Below, in pieces: positions 16,402-26,292 of a stretch of 64,000 bases of DNA (its first letter is position 1; the number at the start of each line of letters is the position of its first letter). The notes under the pieces are model-generated. The model saw only the letters and a list, made by a program, of their open reading frames with translations, did not search any database and had not been told where the DNA came from. This DNA is from a virus. Lineage: Duplodnaviria > Caudoviricetes. A program made the position numbers and the translations under genes. The stretch covers positions 32,001 to 96,000 of IMG/VR virus record IMGVR_UViG_2595698451_000001; one strand, written 5' to 3'.

Positions 16402-16914
16402 ATGACAACTAAATTCAATGAGAGAGCAGCGTTACAGCAATATTTAAACCATGTACTAGAAGAGAGATCACGACTTTTAGACATCGCAAACAATATCACA
16501 AACCGTTTAAGAGAACTTGATGAAAGTGAAAATGTACAAGTTCCGACAGTCCCTGTATCTGGGGAAGAGATGAGTGTTCTTGATGCTATTAATAAACACA
16601 ATAGCCTACATAGCGCAAATGTAGAGGCTGCTAAGACAGAGGGAAAACTTGTAGATATTGAAATAAGAAGAGATTATGACAACAAAGCTAGTTCTGTCAA
16701 AACAAAATCACGAAGAGATGTAAAACAGGTTGCCCGGGTAGTTGCATCTGCTCTAAAAGAAGCCGGGGTTCCATTGTCAACATCTCGTATCATAAAGAAA
16801 TTAGAGGAGAAAGGAATCCCAACTAACTCAGTTTATGCATTACTAGGTCAGATTAAAGATTACGAACCTAGAATTTCACAACCGAAACGTGGCTATTACC
16901 AATACAAAGGGTAA
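16402..16914 (+). CDS. Hypothetical protein: N-terminal coiled coil, possible C-terminal winged helix
   Basis: VASALKEAGVPLSTSRIIKKLEEKG..PRISQPKRGYYQY pattern; own SigA promoter. Confidence 0.7.
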   Translation: MTTKFNERAALQQYLNHVLEERSRLLDIANNITNRLRELDESENVQVPTVPVSGEEMSVLDAINKHNSLHSANVEAAKTEGKLVDIEIRRDYDNKASSVKTKSRRDVKQVARVVASALKEAGVPLSTSRIIKKLEEKGIPTNSVYALLGQIKDYEPRISQPKRGYYQYKG

Positions 16915-16997
16915 TAGCCTTTTGTATGTTAAAATAAAAATAGACGAACAATTTACTGCTATATTATTAATGAGAATACATTTAGGAGGAATTTAAA

Positions 16998-17414
16998 ATG
17001 TCAGAAGAGTTTATCCCTTTAGAAGATTTTGAACAGGAAAAGACACCGGAGCAGCGTGAAGTTGAGGAACGTCAAAAGCAAAAGAAAGCCATTGACCGCA
17101 TTGTTCGGGGTGTTAATGACGTTTTTGAAAAAAATTACAAGTATGAAGATCTTGGTTGGGATTTTACAGTGAAAATCAAAATGCCTAACGCTATTGAACG
17201 AGGGCGCATTCATGCTACAGCTACAAGATACCTAGGTGGGTTGTTTGACTTTTCAAACGAGTACCACAGAATTGTATACACTACACTGGCGACATTAGAG
17301 GTATGTGGTATTGATGTACCGGAAGAGCTAAAAGCAGAGAACCTATATCATTTAGATGTTGCGTATAAAATCGGAGAGGACTTCATAGAGTGGACCCAGA
17401 CCTTTCGAGTATGA
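16998..17414 (+). CDS. Tail assembly chaperone (short form)
   Basis: Position before tape measure; ends ACC TTT CGA GTA TGA. Confidence 0.75.
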   Translation: MSEEFIPLEDFEQEKTPEQREVEERQKQKKAIDRIVRGVNDVFEKNYKYEDLGWDFTVKIKMPNAIERGRIHATATRYLGGLFDFSNEYHRIVYTTLATLEVCGIDVPEELKAENLYHLDVAYKIGEDFIEWTQTFRV

Positions 17415-17433
17415 GCTGAAAGAGCTCGGAGGC

Positions 17434-18060
17434 ATGGAAAGGTTAGCTAGAACTCCGTATATGCGGAACCTATGGCTAATCATGAAGACCTTCAACGTAC
17501 TACCCACAAACAAAGATTTTAGAGAACTTTCAGATGACCAGATCGACATGATGATCTACTCATTTAAAGAAGATGCTAGAGAAGCAGAGTTGGCTCGTAA
17601 AGGACTTACAGTCGAGAGTGAGCACTTTGACGCATCCTTTGAAGAAGAGGTATGGAACGCAGATGTCGGGAAATGGGAAGTTCTTAAAGAAGGGCATGAC
17701 CCTAACGAAATCGCTAAACAAGTTGAAATGCTTACACGTAAAGAGGACCTTAAGAACCTCGCTGGTAAGTTTGACAGCTTAGAGGAATACAACAAATATC
17801 TTGAAGAGGGCGGTAAGCCTGCTAGAGAGATGGACGTTGAACGCCATATCGACAAGCAGATCGCTTTAGCAATGGAAAAAGCAAGGCAGCTTGAGGCGGT
17901 CGGAGGAGACAGGAAACTTATTGATGACCGAGACCGCCCAGAGGTGGCTAACAATTCCGCACTAAGCGATAACAAACCGTCCCTAGATAAGGACGCAATC
18001 GACAAATCTATCGCATTGTTTAACTCCATGGACGATGATGACGAGTTTGACCCGATATAA
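17434..18060 (+). CDS. Tail assembly chaperone extension (probably reached by +1 frameshift)
   Basis: +1 frame is open across the upstream stop; GGAGG lies only 1 nt from the ATG. Confidence 0.7.
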   Translation: MERLARTPYMRNLWLIMKTFNVLPTNKDFRELSDDQIDMMIYSFKEDAREAELARKGLTVESEHFDASFEEEVWNADVGKWEVLKEGHDPNEIAKQVEMLTRKEDLKNLAGKFDSLEEYNKYLEEGGKPAREMDVERHIDKQIALAMEKARQLEAVGGDRKLIDDRDRPEVANNSALSDNKPSLDKDAIDKSIALFNSMDDDDEFDPI

Positions 18061-18122
18061 GAGGTAGAGGTTACTTAGTGCCTCTACCCTATTTTTATTC
18101 TTGAAGGGAGAGTGATGATACA

Positions 18123-21100
18123 GTGGCAAACGTGGAGAAGTATATATTCGGAGTGGACGCAGATACCTCGAAAGCTGTCAGTAAGCTCCAACAGATTAAT
18201 AAACTAATGGATCAGATTGACGGTGTTCGTAACAGAGGTATGGGTGAGTACTTCACAACCACTCAGAAAGACATGGACAAAAGCATGCGCTCTATGTCGC
18301 AGCTTACGAAGTTGTATCGCTCTTTGGATCGAGAACTCTCAGAGATTCAGCGGAAGATGGAAGATGTATCCGGCAGGTTAACAATACCTAAAGGAGCTAC
18401 AAAAGAGCAAGAGCGGGAGATCAAACGTCTTAAGCAGCAGACGGCTGAACAGAGCCAAGCAGCTATATCACAGCAGCGAGCGTTACAATCTGAGTATAAC
18501 AAGACCCTGAGGAAGTTCCGTGAGCTTTCTACATTCCAGCAAAACTCCTCTAAAAACTTCAAACACGTCTTCAGTTCCAATGATCTGTTTAACCTCCCTA
18601 CAGGAGCTCAAAACTTTAATCGGGCTAAGTCGTTCATGCAAGCCATGGCATCTGAAGCAGATGGAGTTTCTAGTAAGATAGACGAGGTAAAGGCGAAGAT
18701 ACAAAGTATCAATAAACTAGACAGACGGGCAGAAAGTCTTACTCGTAGAGCAGAAGCGTCTAAGTACATGTCATACCAGCAGGCTTCTAACTACAGACGA
18801 GACTACAGAACAGTTACACAAGAGTATGGTGCTGAGCGAGAGTCTAACGCAAATGCGATGGCACGTCTCGGACAAGAGAGAACCACTTTGCATAACCAAG
18901 TACAGGAAATCCAAACAAAGGCGAATGCTACACAGCAGGATATCGACAAAAAGATTGGTATGCAGCAGACAATAGACGCCATTGATAAGGAAATACAGGC
19001 TCGGATGGAGTTGGATCGGGTTTTAAACCGAACAACTAAAAATATGAAAGACTACGAACAGCGGGTAACTAAAGATGGTGGAGTAGAGGTAAAACCGGAA
19101 CGAGGTACTGTAGCTGGTATGATGTACGAACGGGCTCCTGCTATTGGTTTAGCTCTTACAGGAGCAGCAGCGGGGGTAGCCGGAGGACTGTATCACCAAG
19201 GCGCCCAGCTGAACCGAGGAATCCGTAGTGACGTTGTTTCCATCGGGCAGCGAACAGATTCAGATAACTGGACAGAGACTATCCGAAACAATGCTCTCGA
19301 TTCAGGTCTCCAAGACCGTTTAGGGTTTGGCGGTCAGGAAATGCTCGCATTCCAGAACAACTACTTATCTAATGCCGGGTACAAAGGTATGGATGACTTA
19401 AATTCAGCCATGACTAGCCAAGCAATATTCAGCCGAACTACAGGTGTCGATTCAGATGCTACTCGTGATTTCTTTGATACTGCCCTTCAATACCGGAGCA
19501 GTAAATGGCTCTCAAAGTAAAGGACATGCAGAATGCATTTATAGGGGCTATTAAACAGAGTGGTATGGAGGGTCGTGAGAAGGACCAGCTGAAAGCTTTA
19601 CAGGGTTTACTAGACGGAGTATCTCGTGGTCGTAGCATGACTAATGACGAAGTAATGAACGTCATGGGAATGCAGTCCATACTAGCTGGCTCTGGAGTAC
19701 GATCTCTTAGCGGGGAGAAAGGCGGGCAGCTCTTATCTGGTCTTAACGAAGGTATACGACAAGGGTTTAATGACCCTATGGTACGTATGGTGTTCGGGCA
19801 AGGTACAGAGTACCAAGGACTAGAAGGTAGATTCGCACTCCGTCAGCAGATGGATAAAGGGATAAGTGATGCTAAGAACGTTAATAACATCGCAGCATTT
19901 GCTCAAAGTCAAGCCGACTCAGAAGGCGCTCAGAATGAGGTTTTTGCCTCTTTTGTTCAAGAGAGGCTAGGGACAGACATCACGGCTGAGCAAGCTAAGG
20001 GACTGATGGACTTATATCGGAGTGGTAAACTCACGGATAAAAGCATTAGCGGTGTTCTTGATGCCAACAAGTCCGCAGGATCAAAAGTTAGTGAAGAGAG
20101 GCTGAGCAAGTACCAAGACTCCAAAGAAGCAACAAGTAACCAGAGCGAAGCCACTACTGAGAAACAGGCTACGGAATTATATGACTACGGTAATGTCCTA
20201 AGAGAAGCTAACGCAGCCATGTCTGGGCTTAATCCGTTAATATATACTGCTACTGCCGCACTCGGAGGTCTAGCTGTAGCTGCTACAGGAGCAGCAGGTT
20301 CATTCCTCATGTCCTCAGTTCTTCGTGGAGCTGTTGCAGGACGTATGGGGTCTGGTGGAGCTATCCTTGGCGGCTTAGGTAGACGTGGTGGCGGAGGAAC
20401 TACTGGAGGCGGAGGAGGTGGATTCTTCGGAGCACTCAGAAGCTCAGTTGGACGTTACACTGACCCTTACGCCCGTGCCGGAGGGTTACCTAACACAGGT
20501 CCTGCTGGAGGAGCAGCATCTTCTAGCGGAGGACTGTGGAGCAGAATTACTGGAGGTGCCGGAGCTACCGCAGCAGGCGCAGGAACAGCAGCTGCTGAGG
20601 CTGAAGCAGCAGCCGGAGCCGGAGCCGGGGCAGGTGCCGCTGGAGCAGCTAGTGGGGGAAGTAAGGTCTTGTCTACTCTCGGTAAAGTAGGAGGAGTCCT
20701 TAGTAAGGTTGCCCTTCCTCTGAGTATTATCGCTGGTGTCGGTTCTATTGCTGCCGCACCGGAGGATAAGAAAGGAGAAGCAACGGGGTCCGCTGCCGGA
20801 GGTATTGGTGGAGGTCTCGCTGGTGCTGCTGCGGGTGCCGCTGTCGGTTCCGTTGTCCCGGTAGTAGGTACTGCCATTGGAGGGCTAATCGGAGGGCTTG
20901 CAGGTTCCTTTGGTGGAAGCAGTTTAGGGGGATGGGTTGGTAGTATGTTTGACCCTAAAACCGCTGAAGCTGCCGAGCTACCTGAAACTGAGAAAGCTAA
21001 GGGCGCTGATGAGAAGATCGTTAACGACCTTGATAAGCAGGTAGACAAAGAGACTACAAACACCAAAGACCGAGCAGAGAACAAGAAAGCAGATAACCTC

Positions 21101-21910
21101 GCTCTAGAGAAAGCCAACATCAAGAGATATGAAGCGTTACTAGATCAGGCAGACCAGCTGTTAAACAAAGCTCGCCTCCAGAATGGTATTATGGGTAGCT
21201 TAGGTGGAGCAGATACTAGTGGATCAGGAGGAGCTGGTGTAGGTGGTAGCACTGGTAAACTCAAGATTCTTTCTGGAAATCAGAAGTGGGCAAACCCTAA
21301 TGACCTTAAAAATTCAGACTTAGGATACACGGACGGTAAGCTTACAGCAGAAGACCTCGATAAGTGGATCGAGTCTAAAGCTCCTGAAGGTTCTATGATG
21401 AGAGGTATGGGTTCCGCCTTCCTGAAAGCAGGACAGGAATCTGGTCTCGATCCTCGTTACTTGATTGCACATGCTGCACAAGAAACAGGCTGGGGTACTT
21501 CTAACATCCTGAAGGATAAGAACAACTGGTTCGGTATCGGTGCCTTCGATAACTCCCCACATGCTTCAGCCAAGACATTCGGTGGAAAGCAGCAAGGTAT
21601 CCTTGACGGTGCGAAGTGGATTGCACAAAACTATTATAGTAAGGGTAATACTACCCTTGATAAGATGAAGAAAGCCGGGTACGCCACGGACCCGCAGTGG
21701 GCTAACAACATTAGTAATATCATGAAGAACGCACCTACGGGTACGGGAAGCGTGAAAGTGGAATCCACAATCAACGTAAACGTCAAAGGAGGGGACGATG
21801 TAGCTAAGAAGGTTACCAGCAACGCCCAGATGAAGTCCTTAGCAAACCAAGTAAACAACGCCATTTACGGTTCTATGAATTACTACTCCAAAGAAGTGAA
21901 GAGGGTATAA
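18123..21910 (+). CDS. Tape measure protein with C-terminal glucosaminidase (GH73-like) domain; split by two apparent indels near 19483-19516
   Basis: Helical N-terminus, Gly/Ala-rich hydrophobic middle, AHAAQETGWG..NNWFGIGAFD..YATDPQWA; removing 2 bases restores DTAFNTGAVNGSQVKDM. Confidence 0.85.
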
Positions 21911-22030
21911 CCCTCTTCTTTTCTTGTTTTAAGGGACCTTTCCTGTTCGTGCTATAATAGTATATGAAGGGGTTTATAACAAACAGAAAAGACACCCCGC
22001 TAACATACTGTGAAAGTGAGGCGATGACCT

Positions 22031-24190
22031 ATCACGACTATTATTCGTAGATATCCTCAATTCGAAGTCGATTTCATAACAGAAAAAACATCATATGAGT
22101 TAAAATACGATACGAGCAAGCAGCTAACCCAGAGAGACTTTGAAGAGTCTATTCTGTCATTTAGTACCAAGAACTCCATGGAGGATGACAGCCCTGTATT
22201 CTCTTTAGTTATTACTGCTAAGGAGAAGTGGGATAAGGTACTGACTTCAAATGACCTTATCAGGATTCGGGTTATACCTGATGTAACAAAGGGAAAACCG
22301 GAGAACCCTTATGTCATGGTTGGTCTAATATCAGATATACATAAAGAAGGAGAGTATAACGAAGGAACGTTACTATACCGGATAACTGGAAGAGCAATGA
22401 CGAAAGCGCTTATTGATTTCTCTGTAGGTGTTATCCAAGAAGTAGCTACAATTATCCCGAGTATTGGGTGGCTGCCAGACGGTGAGAAGAACGGTCTAAA
22501 ATTCTCAGGTAACACCGCAGCGGGAATAGGCGATGAACTTATGGAGCGCTTCGTATACAAATACGCCAAGTACGACTTTGCAGGAGGTAAGAAACTAAAT
22601 GACTACCTAATGCATAGCTTCTCAAGCTGGGAAGATGATGAAAAACTAGCGGACGCTACACCGTTTATCAACTATGAAGGCAGTATCCGCCAGTTCTTAG
22701 AGGATATCGTAGCTAAGCCATTCAATGAGTTATTCTTCGAGTACACTTCGGACGGTAAATGTGTGGCTCTAATGCGCCCAACACCGTTTGATCCATCCAA
22801 GTGGTACCAGCTACCTACATTCCGATTCACTTCAGACGTTGTCGTACAGGAGTCCTTTGGAAAATCCGATGCTGAGATGTACTCCGTATTCGTTGTACAG
22901 GCGCCTAACATGATGGAGTTCAGCAGTATGGACTTAGGTGTATATCCTAAGTTTCACCCGGACCTTGTAAAGAAGTACGGGTATAAAAGATTGGATGCCC
23001 AGAATAGGTACCTTCTATCCAGTACCCTTAACAGCTCTACTCAAGACGCATCTACTGGAGGATCATCTGGAAGTCTCCCATCTTTTGAAGAAGTGCTTAC
23101 CTTCATAACTCAGAACAACTTTACTGATCCTGAAGTTTTGCGGACACAGAAAGACACTGTTTACTCTGAGCTTGTGGCGAAGTTCCCTTCTATGTCTAAG
23201 TCCTTAGCTAATGGGATCATTGACAGCCTTAAAGCGGGAGAGTTCACCCGGGAAGAGTACAACAACCTAACTACATCCACAGGGGACTCTGAGGTAGACA
23301 AGGAGATTAACAAAGAAAAAGGTGTAGCCAACAAGAAACTAGAGAAGTACACTCAACGCTTGTTTAACTGGTACTGCGAGAACGTTAACTTTTACAACGG
23401 AGATATCCGGGTCATCGGTAACCCTACATATCGGGTAGGTTCTAGAGTTCTATATGAGGACTTCGAGCAGCAGACGACTTGGGAGTTCTACGTAGAATCC
23501 GTACAACACGAGTTCAGCTTCTCAAATGGGTACACCACAGTTCTTGGGGTAACTAGAGGTTTACCTAACTCAGGAGAGAAACGATTCAGAAACCTATGGG
23601 GTAAATCTGAAGACTTCAAAGGAGGTTACTTAGGGGAGAAATCTCTAGAGGACTTACTTAAGGAAGCACAGAAAGCCAATTCAATTAAAGACGGAGAGGG
23701 AGATGGCAGCGGCGGAGACTGGAGTGATGGTTCCGGTGGCGGTGGGGCTATGGGAGCCTTAAACACAGCAAAAGCTATGGCAGAAAGGAAGTCTGTATAT
23801 GTGTTCGGCGGAGGACGTACAGGAAAGAACCCGTTCCTTTCATCTCCGATCAAGATAGACTGCTCCTCTTTTGTATGGTGGTGCTACTACCTGAACGGTG
23901 TAACTCTAAAAGGCGGTAAAACCGGGATGACTACAGACACGATCAAAGTAGACCCGCAGCTTAAGACAATCAGCAGCAGAGGCTCCTCCAAGAGTGTAGC
24001 TAAAAGTAAAATCCAGCAAGGAGATATTGTCTACTTTGATACATACAAGGCGGACGGTCATGTTGGTATATACTTAGGCGCAGGTAAATTCATTGGAGCT
24101 CAAAGCAGAACAGGCATAGCAGCTGCCAATATGAACAGTGGGTACTGGTGGAACAAGTTTAATGGCAGGGTGCTTCGATACCAAGGATAA
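22031..24190 (+). CDS. Baseplate hub/tail lysin with C-terminal NlpC/P60 domain (frame open from 22031; first ATG 22178)
   Basis: YVFGG..IDCSSFVWW..GDIVYF..GHVGIYLGAGKFI. Confidence 0.85.
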   Translation: MTTIIRRYPQFEVDFITEKTSYELKYDTSKQLTQRDFEESILSFSTKNSMEDDSPVFSLVITAKEKWDKVLTSNDLIRIRVIPDVTKGKPENPYVMVGLISDIHKEGEYNEGTLLYRITGRAMTKALIDFSVGVIQEVATIIPSIGWLPDGEKNGLKFSGNTAAGIGDELMERFVYKYAKYDFAGGKKLNDYLMHSFSSWEDDEKLADATPFINYEGSIRQFLEDIVAKPFNELFFEYTSDGKCVALMRPTPFDPSKWYQLPTFRFTSDVVVQESFGKSDAEMYSVFVVQAPNMMEFSSMDLGVYPKFHPDLVKKYGYKRLDAQNRYLLSSTLNSSTQDASTGGSSGSLPSFEEVLTFITQNNFTDPEVLRTQKDTVYSELVAKFPSMSKSLANGIIDSLKAGEFTREEYNNLTTSTGDSEVDKEINKEKGVANKKLEKYTQRLFNWYCENVNFYNGDIRVIGNPTYRVGSRVLYEDFEQQTTWEFYVESVQHEFSFSNGYTTVLGVTRGLPNSGEKRFRNLWGKSEDFKGGYLGEKSLEDLLKEAQKANSIKDGEGDGSGGDWSDGSGGGGAMGALNTAKAMAERKSVYVFGGGRTGKNPFLSSPIKIDCSSFVWWCYYLNGVTLKGGKTGMTTDTIKVDPQLKTISSRGSSKSVAKSKIQQGDIVYFDTYKADGHVGIYLGAGKFIGAQSRTGIAAANMNSGYWWNKFNGRVLRYQG

Positions 24191-24200
24191 CGAAGGATAG

Positions 24201-26276
24201 GTGAGAATATTGGATAATGAAAAATTTGAGATGCTGAATCCGCTCTCCCCTATGCGATTCCAATCTCAGCTAGGTAAAGAGACTAAGCGGATGTACCAAG
24301 AGGGGAAGAATATTGTCCGTCTTTCCCTTGCCCGGGTATTAAAAGTTAACTACAAGTACAATACAGTCGAAGTTATTACGACTTTACATAAGAACAACCT
24401 GTCAAAGAATCCAAACGACAACGGTAAATTCTCAGCACGACTGCCTGTAGCTTTCGGAGGGACTACACCGGACGGTAAGGTTTACGGTTCCAATACATTA
24501 GTCACTGTAGGCTCTCTTGTACTTATCGGGTTCATGGAGGGGTCAAAGGACTACCCAATCGTTATTAACATCTATGGAGATACCAATAACCAATCCCTTC
24601 TCACCCGGACTTCATTCACTAGCGGCGATGCTACGGACGAAGACATGCAGCGGGAACTATGGCAGCTATTTACCTTGTTCCCTTCTATGACATATAAGAA
24701 TATTGACGGTAACGGAAACCAAGAAGTAACCTTCTCAGGAAAGTCATTTATGTATATCACAGACACGGATCAAGAGAATGCCTACGTTCAGGATGCCGGG
24801 TTTGATTACGCAGACCTCCCGAGCTCTAGGTACGCTAATGGCGAGCTTATCGAACCTAAGTCCCCGGACTCCCCGACATTACTATATGTGCATCAGGGTA
24901 TTTATCAAAAGCATAGGGTAACGTTCTTTATCAAGTCAGATGGAACGGTAAGACTGGGCAGCCGACATCTGGACGGTCAAGGGATCACTTATATGGAGAT
25001 GACAACCGATGGAGGATTCCAAGTATACCAGAAGAAGGACACCACAAACCCGGAAGAAGAGTCTGAAAAGTTTTCTAGATTCGGTGTTACTGAAGACGGT
25101 AGTGTAATTCTCCAGTCACAGAAGCATATCTTCGAAGTCAATAACGAGGGTATTTATGTAGATGGTAAGTCTCTTGCAACATTCGGAGGCGGAGGTACAG
25201 ACGGAGATGGAAACACCATCACGTTTGAAGACATCCTGAATGACCTTGAGGACCTACAGACCTCTATAACGGTTATGAATGGTAAAATAGAAACAAAGAT
25301 AAGCAAAACCCAGTATGACATTGATATGGACGGTGTACGGCGGTATGCGGAAGAGTTAGTAGATGGTGTGGAGACAGAAATCAACGACATCAACAAGACT
25401 CTTGACAATCTTGATGAGTATATAGACGGCTCTTTTAAAGACGGTATCATCGACACTGCTGAGGCAGCCGCTATTCAGGCGTATATCAACACGTTGAATA
25501 CCGAAAAGGCAGACATTGACGCAAAGTACACAGAAATCTATAACAACGAATTTATGAGTGACTCGGAGAAAGTTAAACTCCAAAATGCAAAAGGCAGTTA
25601 CGATAGTAAACATACTGCATTAATTGATACGATTAATGGAGCTATTGTGGACGGGAAAATTACTCAAGAGGACAGAGAAGCAGTAGATCAGGCATTTGAT
25701 GCGTACCACAGCGCTGTTTCCACCCTCTCTGCGGCTTTTGAATCGGCAGCCGATGTTATCTCCCTAAACAAAGCTAAAAAGGCTCTAGAGGACGCCAAAG
25801 GATATACTGACGGAGAGATTAGAACAGTTAACTCCACCATTACTCAACTAGCGGACTCCATTACATCAAAAGTAGACTCGACAACGTTTACGAATGTTGT
25901 TAAGGATTTAGACTCGAAAATTGCGACTACAGAAGATAATCTGAAAAAGGATATAAACGATGTAGACACTCGCATTGACGATGTCGAGAAGAAAGTGGTC
26001 TATCGAGCTGAGATCATTAGTACGAACGGTATGATATTTAGAAAGGGAACGACAAACACCACTCTCTTCTGTAGAGTATATCACGGAGATCAGGAAGTGA
26101 CAAATACAATTGATGCCAGCAGATTTAAGTGGACCCGGGTATCGGACGATGCAGACGGAGACACTGCGTGGAACAACGCCCATTCTGCCGGAACAAAGTC
26201 AGTTGCAATCACTCCTTCAGATGTACAGGTGCGAGCTACTTTTAACTGTACGATTTTAGACGAGAATTTACAATAA
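24201..26276 (+). CDS. Baseplate/central spike-associated tail protein
   Basis: N-terminal LARVLKVNYKYNTVEV..VGSLVLIGF OB-like region, coiled coil, Ig-like C-terminus; synteny. Confidence 0.65.
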   Translation: MRILDNEKFEMLNPLSPMRFQSQLGKETKRMYQEGKNIVRLSLARVLKVNYKYNTVEVITTLHKNNLSKNPNDNGKFSARLPVAFGGTTPDGKVYGSNTLVTVGSLVLIGFMEGSKDYPIVINIYGDTNNQSLLTRTSFTSGDATDEDMQRELWQLFTLFPSMTYKNIDGNGNQEVTFSGKSFMYITDTDQENAYVQDAGFDYADLPSSRYANGELIEPKSPDSPTLLYVHQGIYQKHRVTFFIKSDGTVRLGSRHLDGQGITYMEMTTDGGFQVYQKKDTTNPEEESEKFSRFGVTEDGSVILQSQKHIFEVNNEGIYVDGKSLATFGGGGTDGDGNTITFEDILNDLEDLQTSITVMNGKIETKISKTQYDIDMDGVRRYAEELVDGVETEINDINKTLDNLDEYIDGSFKDGIIDTAEAAAIQAYINTLNTEKADIDAKYTEIYNNEFMSDSEKVKLQNAKGSYDSKHTALIDTINGAIVDGKITQEDREAVDQAFDAYHSAVSTLSAAFESAADVISLNKAKKALEDAKGYTDGEIRTVNSTITQLADSITSKVDSTTFTNVVKDLDSKIATTEDNLKKDINDVDTRIDDVEKKVVYRAEIISTNGMIFRKGTTNTTLFCRVYHGDQEVTNTIDASRFKWTRVSDDADGDTAWNNAHSAGTKSVAITPSDVQVRATFNCTILDENLQ

Positions 26277-26292
26277 TAGGAGGGACTATTGC

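Noticed and set aside
20380-20660. GC-rich GGAGCC/GCAGGT repeats
   Set aside because: Simply encode the Gly/Ala-rich segment of the tape measure protein
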